Of a DNA stretch of 64,000 nt, positions 18,630-27,361 are shown one piece after another. This DNA is from Deltaproteobacteria bacterium. Its GTDB lineage: Bacteria > Myxococcota_A > Polyangia > Polyangiales > Houyiibacteriaceae. Where the stretch lies: positions 5,973-69,972 of the forward strand of contig JAFDAJ010000008.1 of the NCBI GenBank assembly GCA_019313915.1, in the 5' to 3' direction. The translations under genes and the position numbers were made by a program. The notes under the pieces are model-generated. The model was not told where the DNA came from, did not search any database, and saw only the letters and a list, made by a program, of their open reading frames with translations. The first letter of the stretch is position 1, and the number at the start of each line of letters is the position of its first letter.

Positions 18630-19532
18630 GTGATGCATATCCTCATCGTCATCACCGTGGTCGGCGCGGCGGCGCTCGGTGGCTGCAAACCTGAATCCGA
18701 GAAGATCCAGGTGCATCGACCGCACGACCGTGTCGTGGCCGATGTCGTGGCCCGTGTCGGGGGCGGTTCGATCGGCGCCTCCGAAGTCGAGAGCTGCATG
18801 GTGTCGGAGGAGGTGGGCGCGGAGGCAGCGCTCGAGCGACTGATCGACGAGGCGCTGTTGCTTCAAGAAGCTCAACGCTTCGGATTCACCGAAAATCGAG
18901 AAGACCAGCGCAGGATTGAGCGGCTGATGGTGCGCATGATGCTTCGCGACCTCGAAGAGCAGAACACGCCCGAGTCGGTTTCCGAAGAGGAAGTCGACGC
19001 GACCTACGCTCTGCATGCGAAGAGGTTCAAGGTCCCGGAGCGTCGCCGCTCATGGCACATCCTGGTCGAGGACCAGAGCAAAGCAGGGGAGACACTTGCC
19101 AAGTCCATCGTGGCGGAGCTGCAACGGGCCGAGGACCCCAGGACGGTCTATGATCGCTATGCAAAGGGCGGACCGGAAAGCTTGACGCTCAACGTGAAGG
19201 TCGAGGACTTGCCGGCGATCAGCAAGACGGCGAGCATCAAGAAGCCCTACAAGAACGCGCTCTTCGCGGCGAACACCGAGGGACCTCTCGATGAAGCGGT
19301 GAAGACTTCATACGGCTGGCACGCGATCGTGCTGGCGGAGATTGTGCCCGAAGAGGTGCGCACCCTCGATGACGCCGAGGACGAAATCCGCAAGCTGCTG
19401 AGCGAGCAGAAACGGATCGGGAAGCTCGTCACAATCGTGCAAGACCTCGAAGCGCAAGGGCTGGCGCAGTACGACGAACAGGGCGTCAAACGGCTGCTCT
19501 CGATGCCCGGTCTGCCCGAACGCGCCGAGTGA
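18630..19532 (+). CDS. PpiC/parvulin-type peptidyl-prolyl isomerase lipoprotein (PrsA/SurA-like)
   Basis: Lipobox (AAALGGC). Parvulin core (RRSWHILV ... SYGWHAIVLAEI). Confidence 0.75.
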   Translation: MMHILIVITVVGAAALGGCKPESEKIQVHRPHDRVVADVVARVGGGSIGASEVESCMVSEEVGAEAALERLIDEALLLQEAQRFGFTENREDQRRIERLMVRMMLRDLEEQNTPESVSEEEVDATYALHAKRFKVPERRRSWHILVEDQSKAGETLAKSIVAELQRAEDPRTVYDRYAKGGPESLTLNVKVEDLPAISKTASIKKPYKNALFAANTEGPLDEAVKTSYGWHAIVLAEIVPEEVRTLDDAEDEIRKLLSEQKRIGKLVTIVQDLEAQGLAQYDEQGVKRLLSMPGLPERAE

Positions 19533-19634
19533 GCTGTGCATTGGGGTTTCGCGGCGGCTTCACAATGAGGCGCCTTCGCCCAAGACGGAGTAGCGTCTAG
19601 CCATCGAGTGTCCTAGAGACGGACATAGGCGACG

Positions 19635-20264
19635 ATGCGCACCTACCTGTTCGACCTCGATGGAACCTTGCTTGATTCAATTGCGTTGATTCTGACGAGT
19701 TTTCATCACACGTCTCGACTACACCTCGAACGTGAACTGCCGGACTCCTATTGGCTCGAGGGGACCGGCACGCCGCTTCGTGAGCAGCTGCGCAAGGTGG
19801 CGCGCTCGAAGGAAGAGCTCGCTGCCATGCTCGACACGTACCTGGGGTACAACCTCAGCCACCACGACGAGTTGGCGAAGCCTTACCCCGGCGTCGTCGA
19901 TGTCGTCCGAACGCTGCACGCACGGGGGGCCAAGCTCGCTCTCGTGACCAGCAAGTTGAGCAGGGGAGCCGAACGCGGACTTCATCTTCTTGGTCTCGAA
20001 GAGGAGCTCTCCGTGCGTGTCTGCGCAGACGACGTCGACCATGGCAAGCCGCATCCTGCGCCGGTCCTCATGGCCTTGGACGCCCTCGGTTCATCGCCGG
20101 ACGATGCGCTCTTCATCGGCGACTCCCATCACGACATCGAAGCGGGAAGGCGTGCGGGGGTAACTACCGTGGCCGTGACTTGGGGCCCATTGCCACGAGA
20201 AAGACTCGCCAGCGCCAAACCAGACCATTGGCTGGAGGAGCCCCGCCAACTCTTCGAGTTGTGA
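19635..20264 (+). CDS. HAD-superfamily hydrolase (phosphoglycolate phosphatase/PpaX-like)
   Basis: Motif I FDLDGTLLDS, motif II VTSK, motif III/IV K...GDSHHD. Confidence 0.8.
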   Translation: MRTYLFDLDGTLLDSIALILTSFHHTSRLHLERELPDSYWLEGTGTPLREQLRKVARSKEELAAMLDTYLGYNLSHHDELAKPYPGVVDVVRTLHARGAKLALVTSKLSRGAERGLHLLGLEEELSVRVCADDVDHGKPHPAPVLMALDALGSSPDDALFIGDSHHDIEAGRRAGVTTVAVTWGPLPRERLASAKPDHWLEEPRQLFEL

Positions 20265-20274
20265 CCAGCAGCCG

Positions 20275-22104
20275 TCACTCCACCGATTGGAGCAGTCCCC
20301 CTTGAACCTCGTACACCTGGGGCGGGTGCGCCGGGGTGCGCCCCGATGAAAACGAATCAACCGAAGTTACTGGCGTCACGCCAGAGCCGCTCTTCAGCGC
20401 ATCGGTGAGCGCTTGACGGGTTTGGTTTCCTTGACGCAGGGTCGCCGAGATCAGTCGATAGGCGTCGTATCCGTACGCAGAGAACATCTGCGGAGGCCTT
20501 CCATATCGGGTTTCATAGGCCGTGCGGAAGTGCTGATTGAGGGTGGCTTCGGACGCCTCGTAAAACGGAAGCGCGACGAGCGCGCCCTGCAGGTAGCGAC
20601 CTGCGCGGCTGACGAGCTTGGTCGACCAACTCAGGCTCGGCAGAAGGAAGTGCACTTCGCGCTCGGCGTGCTCGGGCAGGGCGCCCTTGGCGATGCTCCA
20701 AGCGCCCTCGGCGGCGAACGTCGGTGCGATGAGCGCGACCTGATCGGCCACATCGGCGAAGAGCACGACGTCGCAGGTGGTTTCGAGAACGGTTCGGACG
20801 TAGTCGACAAAGGACTTCGTGCCCGGTGGATAGGCCACACCCTCGCAGTAGACCCCACCAGCGGCTGCAACCTCTTGGTCGAAGAGACGTTCCATCGTGC
20901 GCCCGTAGCCGTGGTCCGGATAGAGAATCACGAATCGCGACAACCCACGCGCTCGAGCCTTGCCCACCAACGCGGTCAGCTCGTCACGCAGGCTGTACAG
21001 AAATCGAAAGACTTGCTCACCGGCGCTCGTCGTCTCTTCGGATGCGGAAAAGCTCAGCAGGGGAACGCCCGCGCGGCGGGTCGAAGCCGCCGCTGCCTCC
21101 GTGGTGCGGCTTCCGACGGGGCCGAGTACCGCAACGACGCGCTGGTCGCCGATGAGCGCTTCGACGGCCGCGGTCGTCTTCGATGGATCGCCGGCGGTAT
21201 CCTGTACGACGAGCTCCGGACCACCCTCATCGAGCGCCGCGAGCTGCATGCCCTGCAAGATCTGTCGGCCAACCTCGCGACCCCGGCCACTCAGCGGAAG
21301 CAGCGCCCCGACGACATAGGGGTTGCCGTGAAGGAACTCATCGGCCCGAGCGACCGACAGCGTCACCTCCGGATCCGAGATCGAATCGCTTGCGCGCAGC
21401 GCGTCCGAGGCGCGCACCACCCACTCCGCGTCCTGCGTATCGAGGGCATGGTTGAGGAGCCGCATCGACACAGCCACATGGGGAAGGGCGCCCGCGCGTA
21501 GCTCATCGAAGAGCAGCTCGGTCTCTTCGATCGTGAGCTTCTGAACCAGAACATCGATGACGGCGTCGACGCGCTGCGGGTCGGGTGGCGCCTCACCGTG
21601 CTGGATGAGGCCGTCGAAAATCCCCAGAGCCAGTGCCGCGTTCGTCGTTTGCTCCGCCGCGATCACCGCGGTGTCCCACAGCAGCGCCTGTTCTTCAGTC
21701 GAGAATCGCTCCCCCGCGAGGGGCTCAATCGTCTGAAGCGCCCGCTCGGGGTCTCCCAACTGGAGCTGGCAAGCTCCCAGGTGAAGTAAGGCCCGAAGCG
21801 CAATCGCGTGGTCTGCGCTGTCCTGGGCCTGTTCGAAATGCGGAACCGCGCTCTGGCACCGGCCGATGTCGGACCCCAGTATGCCGAGCTCTAGCCGAGC
21901 CAGATCCGCCTCCGTGGTTCCGGGGTGGTTGATGATGAACGTCTCGTAGGCGTTCTGTGCGCCACGCACGTCTCCGCTCGAAGCGAGTGCCCGCGCCTCC
22001 GCGATTCTGGCAGGGGGCGCCTTTTCGAGCGGGCTTTCAACTTTCTTCGGTGCGCAGCTGGCCAGGAGGATCAGCGCCGCGCACGACAACGCGCTTCTCA
22101 ACAT
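20275..22104 (-). CDS. Lipoprotein with N-terminal TPR region and type-1 periplasmic binding protein (LivK/LpoA-like) domain
   Basis: Start taken at MLRSALSCAALILLASC (lipobox). TPR-like helices follow. The C-terminal half has VVGALLPLSGRGREVGRQILQGMQLAA, typical of PBP1 ligand-binding domains. Confidence 0.7.
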   Translation of the reverse strand: MLRSALSCAALILLASCAPKKVESPLEKAPPARIAEARALASSGDVRGAQNAYETFIINHPGTTEADLARLELGILGSDIGRCQSAVPHFEQAQDSADHAIALRALLHLGACQLQLGDPERALQTIEPLAGERFSTEEQALLWDTAVIAAEQTTNAALALGIFDGLIQHGEAPPDPQRVDAVIDVLVQKLTIEETELLFDELRAGALPHVAVSMRLLNHALDTQDAEWVVRASDALRASDSISDPEVTLSVARADEFLHGNPYVVGALLPLSGRGREVGRQILQGMQLAALDEGGPELVVQDTAGDPSKTTAAVEALIGDQRVVAVLGPVGSRTTEAAAASTRRAGVPLLSFSASEETTSAGEQVFRFLYSLRDELTALVGKARARGLSRFVILYPDHGYGRTMERLFDQEVAAAGGVYCEGVAYPPGTKSFVDYVRTVLETTCDVVLFADVADQVALIAPTFAAEGAWSIAKGALPEHAEREVHFLLPSLSWSTKLVSRAGRYLQGALVALPFYEASEATLNQHFRTAYETRYGRPPQMFSAYGYDAYRLISATLRQGNQTRQALTDALKSGSGVTPVTSVDSFSSGRTPAHPPQVYEVQGGLLQSVE

Positions 22105-22173
22105 GCGGGCGCACGATACATGCCCGACCGCCAGCACGCCACGTAGGCGATAGTGCGGGACAAGCCACCCACG

Positions 22174-23016
22174 TCAGACGCTGACCTCCCAACCCTGTGC
22201 GAGCGTTGCGAACTCCTCGACCGAAAGGGTCTCGCCTCGCCTGCCAGGGTCGATGCCCGCCAAGCTCAATGCGCGGTCGGCCCGCTCGGCGTCGCCCGGG
22301 GCACGCAGTGCATTTCGCAGCGTCTTGCGGCGCATCTGAAACGCCGCGCGAACGACCGTTTGCAAAGACTCGGTCTCCTCCGCCAGGGGGGCTTCGCGGG
22401 GAAGGAGCCGAACGACGGCACTCTCGACCTTGGGTGCCGGATAGAACGAACCAGGCCGCAGCCGACACACCGTCTCGACTTCGAATCCAGCGCGCGTGAA
22501 GACCGTCAGCGCCCCATACTGTTTGGTCGCCGGCTCGGCGACGAGACGGTCCCGCACCTCTCGCTGCACCATGAGCACCGCGCCGGTCAGCGCTGCACGG
22601 TGCGCGACGACCCTTCGAAGAATTGCGCCGGTGGCCTGATAGGGAAGATTCCCAGTGATGACGAGCTTCGATCCGCAAGCTCGTGAATATGCCTCGAAAT
22701 CTACGTCCGCCGCGTCGGCGCGACGAAGCTCCAGGCGCTCCTGTTCGGCGAATTCCTGTTGAAGTACGCGCACCATGTCCCGGTCGAGCTCGACAGCAAG
22801 AACATCGCAGTCCCGCGCGAGCAGCGCGTACGTCAGGGCTCCAAGGCCTGGTCCAAGCTCGACGACCTGGCGACCCAGCGTCACGGTGGCATCCGCGATC
22901 TGGGCTATGGCGCCAGGCTGTATCAAGAAATTCTGGGAAAACGATCGCTTGGGAAGCAAATCGTACTTCCTCAGGAGATCCCTGGCATCGGGTGGGGCGC
23001 CTGGGTCGCCCGTCAT
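22174..23016 (-). CDS. rsmA: 16S rRNA (adenine1518/1519-N6)-dimethyltransferase
   Basis: KRSFSQNFL signature, SAM-binding VVELGPGLGALT, NLPY motif. Confidence 0.9.
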   Translation of the reverse strand: MTGDPGAPPDARDLLRKYDLLPKRSFSQNFLIQPGAIAQIADATVTLGRQVVELGPGLGALTYALLARDCDVLAVELDRDMVRVLQQEFAEQERLELRRADAADVDFEAYSRACGSKLVITGNLPYQATGAILRRVVAHRAALTGAVLMVQREVRDRLVAEPATKQYGALTVFTRAGFEVETVCRLRPGSFYPAPKVESAVVRLLPREAPLAEETESLQTVVRAAFQMRRKTLRNALRAPGDAERADRALSLAGIDPGRRGETLSVEEFATLAQGWEVSV

Positions 23017-23088
23017 CGGCTCAACCGTTGAAAATCATGAACTTTTCGGTACAGAAAGGGCACAGAAGATCTTCTTTTGTCACACCCA

Positions 23089-23116
23089 TTGTCAGCCGGG
23101 AAGGCGTTATTATATT
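23089..23116 (+). promoter_or_regulatory. Sigma-70-type promoter candidate (TTGTCA-N16-TATATT) upstream of the small ORF and EBP gene
   Basis: TTGTCA at 23089-23094 and TATATT at 23111-23116, in an AT-richer spacer. A perfect 12-bp palindrome AGAAGATCTTCT (23064-23075) lies just upstream. Confidence 0.35.
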
Positions 23117-23160
23117 GGTGGCGCCCGTAGATTGACCTACGTTAAAGGTAGGGGAGACAA

Positions 23161-23334
23161 ATGCTTCCAGGCTTCATCATCGACCAAATCCGTCAGCGTG
23201 AGGAAGAAGAGCAGGCCAAGCGCCCGGTTGCTCAGGTCGAGCTTCACCTGCCGGTTCCGGAAGGCTCGCAATTGCCGGAGCATGATGAGGAGTCCGATAG
23301 GGGCGTGGTTATCATCGACCTGCTCCCAGAGTGA
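23161..23334 (+). CDS. Small acidic hypothetical protein (57 aa; below the ORF-track cutoff)
   Basis: My own translation: MLPGFIIDQIRQREEEEQAKRPVAQVELHLPVPEGSQLPEHDEESDRGVVIIDLLPE*. AGGGGAG Shine-Dalgarno 4-5 nt before the ATG. The stop is 30 nt before the GTG start of the EBP gene. Confidence 0.4.
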   Translation: MLPGFIIDQIRQREEEEQAKRPVAQVELHLPVPEGSQLPEHDEESDRGVVIIDLLPE

Positions 23335-23363
23335 CAATCCCCGAGATACGCTAGACTGGGAGT

Positions 23364-25778
23364 GTGTCAGAGCGTGCCTTACTGAGCCTGGATGAGCAGC
23401 TCCGCTCTCTATCCACCACACTGGAAGGCCAAAAGCCGGCTACGTCGGACCCTTGGGATCGAAATGCGGTTGAAGCTGACTTGGTTTGGTGCCGGGTAGA
23501 GCGCGGTGAGCTTGGGGAGGCGTTTCGGCTCCTCTGGGAAGCGCCGAGTAGTCCGGACCTGGGTTCGGCGCGTCAGTGGGTGCGCGCCGAGCTTCAGGCG
23601 TACTGCGGCAATGAAGATGCTGCGCTCGCCCTGATCGCCGACCTAGAGGACGCAAATGCCGCCTCGGCCATGGTTCGCGCGCGCGTCGCCCGGTCGCGTG
23701 GGGACTGGGAACTGACGTGCCGCAACGCTTTGGAGGCGACGCATGCTCCGAACGGCGTCGCGCGCGCGTTGATCCTCGCCGCCCGCGCGAGCATTCAGCT
23801 CGGAAGACACGAAGAAGCGACGCTGCTTTTGAACCGGGTCACGCAGGACACGGTGGTCGAAGCGTTGGCCGTAGCGGCCCTGCGTGCGTGCCTGTCCGCG
23901 GATGATTCGATCCGTGCGCTCAATCGGGTGGCGGAGCGCGCGCGTGAGGAGGGTGCGGCAGGCCTCTGCGCCGAAGCTTGGGCGGACGCGAGCACCCTCT
24001 ACGGTTCGCGCGGTGAGTCCGAAGAGATGCGCAAGGCGGCGGTGCGCGCGGTCGAGCTCTGGGACGACATGGCCACCTCACTGCCACCACCACTTCGCGC
24101 GGGGTTCTGGCGCGACTCCCATCGTCGCGCGATTCGAAAGACTTCGAAACGCCAGAAGACGGCGGCCGGCGTACCGGCAACGACCGCGCTTACGCCCTTA
24201 TTGGCCAACCTGCGAAGGCTCGCGAGCGAACGAGACCTCACCAAGCTCCTGAGTGCGATCACGGACGGCGCGGTGGCCCTAAGCGGCGCGGAGCGTGGCT
24301 TCGTGTTGCTCGTAGACGAAAGTGGGGCGCTCGAAGCGAAGACGATCCGTGGCGCGCAGAGCGAGCTCGGTGAGCAGAGTGCTGCCTTCAGCCGGTCGAT
24401 CGCGGAGACGGTGCTCATCGATGGCGACCCCGTAGTCACGGTCGATGCGGCGCATGATGCCCGCGTTCAAGACTACATGTCGGTCCACCAGTTGATGCTG
24501 AAGTCGATCGCGTGCCTGCCCATCGAATCGCGGGGACGAATCTGGGGCGTCCTCTATCTCGAGCACCGCAGCGCGAGCGGCCGTTTTTCCGGGACCGACC
24601 TGTCGTTGCTTCGCGCCTACGCGGACCAAGCAGCGATTGCCATCGAGACCTCACATCTCTTCGAGCGCGTCGAGGCGCAGAAGCTGGAGCTGGAACGGGC
24701 GAACCAGGCATTGCGAGAAGCCAACGAGCACTTGGAACAGCGGCTTCACGGGAAGACAGCGGCGCTCCAACGAACACAGCGCGAGATTGCACACCTGCAG
24801 GCGTCGAGCGCGGAAGGTAAGCGATGGGGCCTCGTCGGAGCCAGCGACGGGATGCGGCGGGTCTACGAAGTGCTCGACCGCGTGGCCATCAACGAGGTGC
24901 CGGTCGTGATTACCGGCGAAAGCGGGACGGGCAAAGAGCTCGTGGCCCGGGCTGTCCATCGAGGCAGTGCGCGTGCCGATGGCCCGTACATCTCTCTGAA
25001 CTGCGGCGCGATTCCGGATACTCTCCTCGAGAGTGAACTGTTCGGTCACGTGGCCGGCGCATTCACCGGGGCCACGCATGCGCGGGAGGGGGTCTTCCAG
25101 CAGGCCCACGGCGGCACACTCTTCTTGGATGAAATCGCGGATATGCCCCCGCGGATGCAGCTCGATTTGCTGCGCGTACTGCAGGAGCGCTGCGTTCGAC
25201 CCGTTGGTGGTGCCGACGAACAGGCCGTCGACGTGCGTCTCGTGACCTCGTGCAAGCGGCCGCTGCGCGACCTCATCGAGGAGGGAACGCTCCGAGAGGA
25301 CCTCTACTACCGATTGGCCGTGGTGGAGCTCGAGTTGCCACCGCTCCGCGACCGGCGTTCAGACATCCCGCTGCTATGCGCTCATTTCCTCGGGCGTATC
25401 GCCAAAGAACGCGCGGAGCCCAAGAAGCGGCTAAGCCGTCCCGCAATCCAGCGGCTCGGCGCGCACGACTTCCCAGGCAATGTCCGGGAGCTCGAGCACC
25501 TCCTGGTCAACGCCAGTGTGTTCGCTGCAAGCGACACCATCGAGGCCGAAGAACTGGCGATTGAGGCCGGCCGCACCGCACCGATCCCGAGGGCCGAGGT
25601 CGGCAACTACCAGGACTTCAAAGACGCCGAGCGGGATCGAATCCTGGAAACACTCAACGCACACGATTGGAACCGAGCAAAGGCTGCGCGCGCCCTCGGC
25701 ATGGCTCGCCGGACATTCTATCGCCGGCTCAAGGAACATGACATCGAGCTCCCGCAAGGGAAGGCTCACAAAGACTAG
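23364..25778 (+). CDS. Sigma-54-dependent transcriptional activator (EBP): N-terminal TPR-like region, GAF, AAA+, Fis-type HTH; no receiver domain
   Basis: Walker [29 protein letters not shown] loop, Walker B TLFLDEI, C-terminal HTH ([23 protein letters not shown]). GAF-like segment [14 protein letters not shown]...WGVLYLEHR. Confidence 0.9.
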   Translation: MSERALLSLDEQLRSLSTTLEGQKPATSDPWDRNAVEADLVWCRVERGELGEAFRLLWEAPSSPDLGSARQWVRAELQAYCGNEDAALALIADLEDANAASAMVRARVARSRGDWELTCRNALEATHAPNGVARALILAARASIQLGRHEEATLLLNRVTQDTVVEALAVAALRACLSADDSIRALNRVAERAREEGAAGLCAEAWADASTLYGSRGESEEMRKAAVRAVELWDDMATSLPPPLRAGFWRDSHRRAIRKTSKRQKTAAGVPATTALTPLLANLRRLASERDLTKLLSAITDGAVALSGAERGFVLLVDESGALEAKTIRGAQSELGEQSAAFSRSIAETVLIDGDPVVTVDAAHDARVQDYMSVHQLMLKSIACLPIESRGRIWGVLYLEHRSASGRFSGTDLSLLRAYADQAAIAIETSHLFERVEAQKLELERANQALREANEHLEQRLHGKTAALQRTQREIAHLQASSAEGKRWGLVGASDGMRRVYEVLDRVAINEVPVVITGESGTGKELVARAVHRGSARADGPYISLNCGAIPDTLLESELFGHVAGAFTGATHAREGVFQQAHGGTLFLDEIADMPPRMQLDLLRVLQERCVRPVGGADEQAVDVRLVTSCKRPLRDLIEEGTLREDLYYRLAVVELELPPLRDRRSDIPLLCAHFLGRIAKERAEPKKRLSRPAIQRLGAHDFPGNVRELEHLLVNASVFAASDTIEAEELAIEAGRTAPIPRAEVGNYQDFKDAERDRILETLNAHDWNRAKAARALGMARRTFYRRLKEHDIELPQGKAHKD

Positions 25779-26707
25779 AGGCTCGCCGGCGATACCGCGG
25801 TCGATACCCCCGCGTCGTACTTCTCCGGTGTTTCCCCGGGCGGCAGATAGAGCGGAGGCTCGCCTGGCCGCGACCAGTCCACCCAATAGACGGCCTTCGA
25901 ACGGATATCGACGTGGACGAAGCTGCTGCGGGGGTAGTAGCCGACCCCAACTTTCGAAAGCGTGAGGCAGTAGTCCCGCAGCACTTCGTTCGGTACGCCA
26001 TCGACGCGGATGTCGATCGCTTGCCCGCGCGAGTGCCGGCTCGACCCACTGTTGCCGTTCTTCTCTGAGCGGTAGGCGCTGACGACGATAATCGTGCGGC
26101 CGTTGAAATGATCTGCCACGTACGCGAGCACGCGCAAAAGTCGTGTATGCGGTCGCGTCACCTCGTCGGTGTCGCGATCTCGAAGGAAACGCGCCACACG
26201 CGCGCGCGCCTTGGGGTCTGGCTTGCCCGCACCATCGAAAAGACGGGCGCGAAGGGTCTCTTGGCTCGCAGGCCGTTCGAGTGTGACCAACCCGCTCAGA
26301 ATCGTGTTGCGGGCTTTGGTCGCCTTGGCACTAGCGCTGTAGCCCGGCAGCACGAGGCGTTGCCCGACACGCAGAGTGGCCCCTGGTTTGAGACGGTTGG
26401 CCGCTGCCAACGCCTTCACGGTCACCTTGTTGAGCTGCGCAATGCCGGTGAGGGTTTGCCCTGGATAGACGTACACCACGCCCTTGGGTGGTATCCGCAG
26501 AACCTGACCCACCCGTAGATTCGAGGTCTTCTTCAAGCGATTGGCCGCCGCGAGGTTCGTAGTGGACACACGATAGCGTTTCGCAATCGCGCCTAGCGTC
26601 TGACCTTGGTGCACGGTGTGCTTGCGCTGCGCATATGCAGGCGCATGCAGAAACAACACCAAGAACAACACAGTGACAGCACGCCACACGCCAATCGAGC
26701 TCACCAC
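25775..26707 (-). CDS. Secreted LysM-repeat protein with DUF882/peptidase M15A-like (YcbK/MepK-type) domain
   Basis: Signal peptide. Two LysM repeats ([19 protein letters not shown]..., [17 protein letters not shown]...). C-terminal [28 protein letters not shown], typical of DUF882. Confidence 0.8.
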   Translation of the reverse strand: MVSSIGVWRAVTVLFLVLFLHAPAYAQRKHTVHQGQTLGAIAKRYRVSTTNLAAANRLKKTSNLRVGQVLRIPPKGVVYVYPGQTLTGIAQLNKVTVKALAAANRLKPGATLRVGQRLVLPGYSASAKATKARNTILSGLVTLERPASQETLRARLFDGAGKPDPKARARVARFLRDRDTDEVTRPHTRLLRVLAYVADHFNGRTIIVVSAYRSEKNGNSGSSRHSRGQAIDIRVDGVPNEVLRDYCLTLSKVGVGYYPRSSFVHVDIRSKAVYWVDWSRPGEPPLYLPPGETPEKYDAGVSTAVSPASL

Positions 26708-26845
26708 GACTCGGCGAGTATTGATGAGTCGCGGAGCGGGGCAACTAACCGACGTGCGTCCCGGTTTTTTTGCCTTCGGTGCCGACCATTGCGACCATGA
26801 ATTTCGATACGTTCGCTCGTTGACAATCGGTGGGTTCGCGCGTTG

Positions 26846-26861
26846 AGCACAACCAGTGCCT
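26846..26861 (-). promoter_or_regulatory. Weak sigma-54-like element AGGCAC-N5-GTGCT upstream of the LysM/DUF882 gene
   Basis: The reverse complement of 26846-26861 reads AGGCACTGGTTGTGCT. GG and GC have the correct 10-nt spacing, but two consensus positions deviate. It lies about 140 nt upstream of the ORF start. Confidence 0.2.
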
Positions 26862-26913
26862 AACGATCGCGGATGTCTGCGTTCCGCTATGCAGGTTCAT
26901 ATGATTTATGTAT

Positions 26914-26939
26914 ATTTAGCACATAAATTAGTGCTAAAT
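26914..26939. promoter_or_regulatory. Perfect palindrome ATTTAGCAC-N8-GTGCTAAAT in the AT-rich region upstream of the XRE-pilMNOPQ operon (candidate operator)
   Basis: Read directly: 9-bp arms at 26914-26922 and 26931-26939 with spacer ATAAATTA. It sits in the lowest-GC stretch of the window (about 26880-26950). Confidence 0.5.
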
Positions 26940-26952
26940 TGTCCTAAGTTGC

Positions 26953-26981
26953 TTGACCCTAAGGTGGTTCGGTCATAGCCT
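26953..26981 (+). promoter_or_regulatory. Promoter candidate for the XRE-pilM operon: sigma-70-like TTGACC-N17-TAGCCT, overlapping a weak sigma-54-like TGGTTC-N5-TAGC
   Basis: TTGACC at 26953-26958 and TAGCCT at 26976-26981. The alternative has GG (26966-67) and GC (26978-79) at sigma-54 spacing. Both matches are weak and the sigma factor cannot be assigned. Confidence 0.3.
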
Positions 26982-27028
26982 TCTTGAAGGGTGACGCGGT
27001 GTGCGTTTCTCGTTTAGAGAGCTAACTC

Positions 27029-27352
27029 ATGACCTACGACCCAGAGGCAAATGAAGCGATGCAAAAGCCCAACACGTTGGGTGCATCGGCCTCTGATGCA
27101 AGCGAGCACGAAGGGGCTTCGAAGCCCAACGCGAACAAGAAAAGTGGCAACAAGCCCAACAATGTTCGCAAGGTTCGGATCGAACGCATGATGTCCAAGG
27201 CTGAGTTGGCTCGTCGCGCGAACCTATCGGTGTTGACGATTGATCGTGTCGAGAAGGGTTTTGGATGTCGAATGGACACAAAACGAAAGATTCTCGAAGC
27301 TTTGGGTCTGAGGCTCGCCGACAGGGTACGTGTGTTCGGCGAGGAGGAGTAG
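27029..27352 (+). CDS. XRE-family helix-turn-helix transcriptional regulator with a low-complexity N-terminal tail
   Basis: C-terminal HTH (RIERMMSKAELARRANLSVLTIDRVEKG). The N-terminal ~45 aa are N/K/S/A-rich. The stop is 9 nt before the pilM ATG. Confidence 0.7.
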   Translation: MTYDPEANEAMQKPNTLGASASDASEHEGASKPNANKKSGNKPNNVRKVRIERMMSKAELARRANLSVLTIDRVEKGFGCRMDTKRKILEALGLRLADRVRVFGEEE

Positions 27353-27361
27353 CGTGCCTAC

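Noticed and set aside
19317-19332. TGGCACGCGATCGTGC inside the PPIase gene; sigma-54-like.
   Set aside because: It is inside a coding region (it encodes the conserved GWHAIV parvulin motif), and the GC element is shifted by one position.
19611-19634. Shared CCTAGAGA motif about 20-25 nt upstream of two start codons (HAD gene at 19635 and the double uvrA at 46220; second copy at 46195-46203).
   Set aside because: There are only two short occurrences with different flanks. This is insufficient to call a regulatory motif or a -10 element without genome-wide statistics.
23137-23421. 94-aa minus-strand ORF from the track, in the rsmA-EBP spacer.
   Set aside because: It has no Shine-Dalgarno and odd composition, and it runs across the EBP start. 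The plus-strand 57-aa frame with an AGGGGAG Shine-Dalgarno explains the open frame better. Even so, that call is only moderate confidence.
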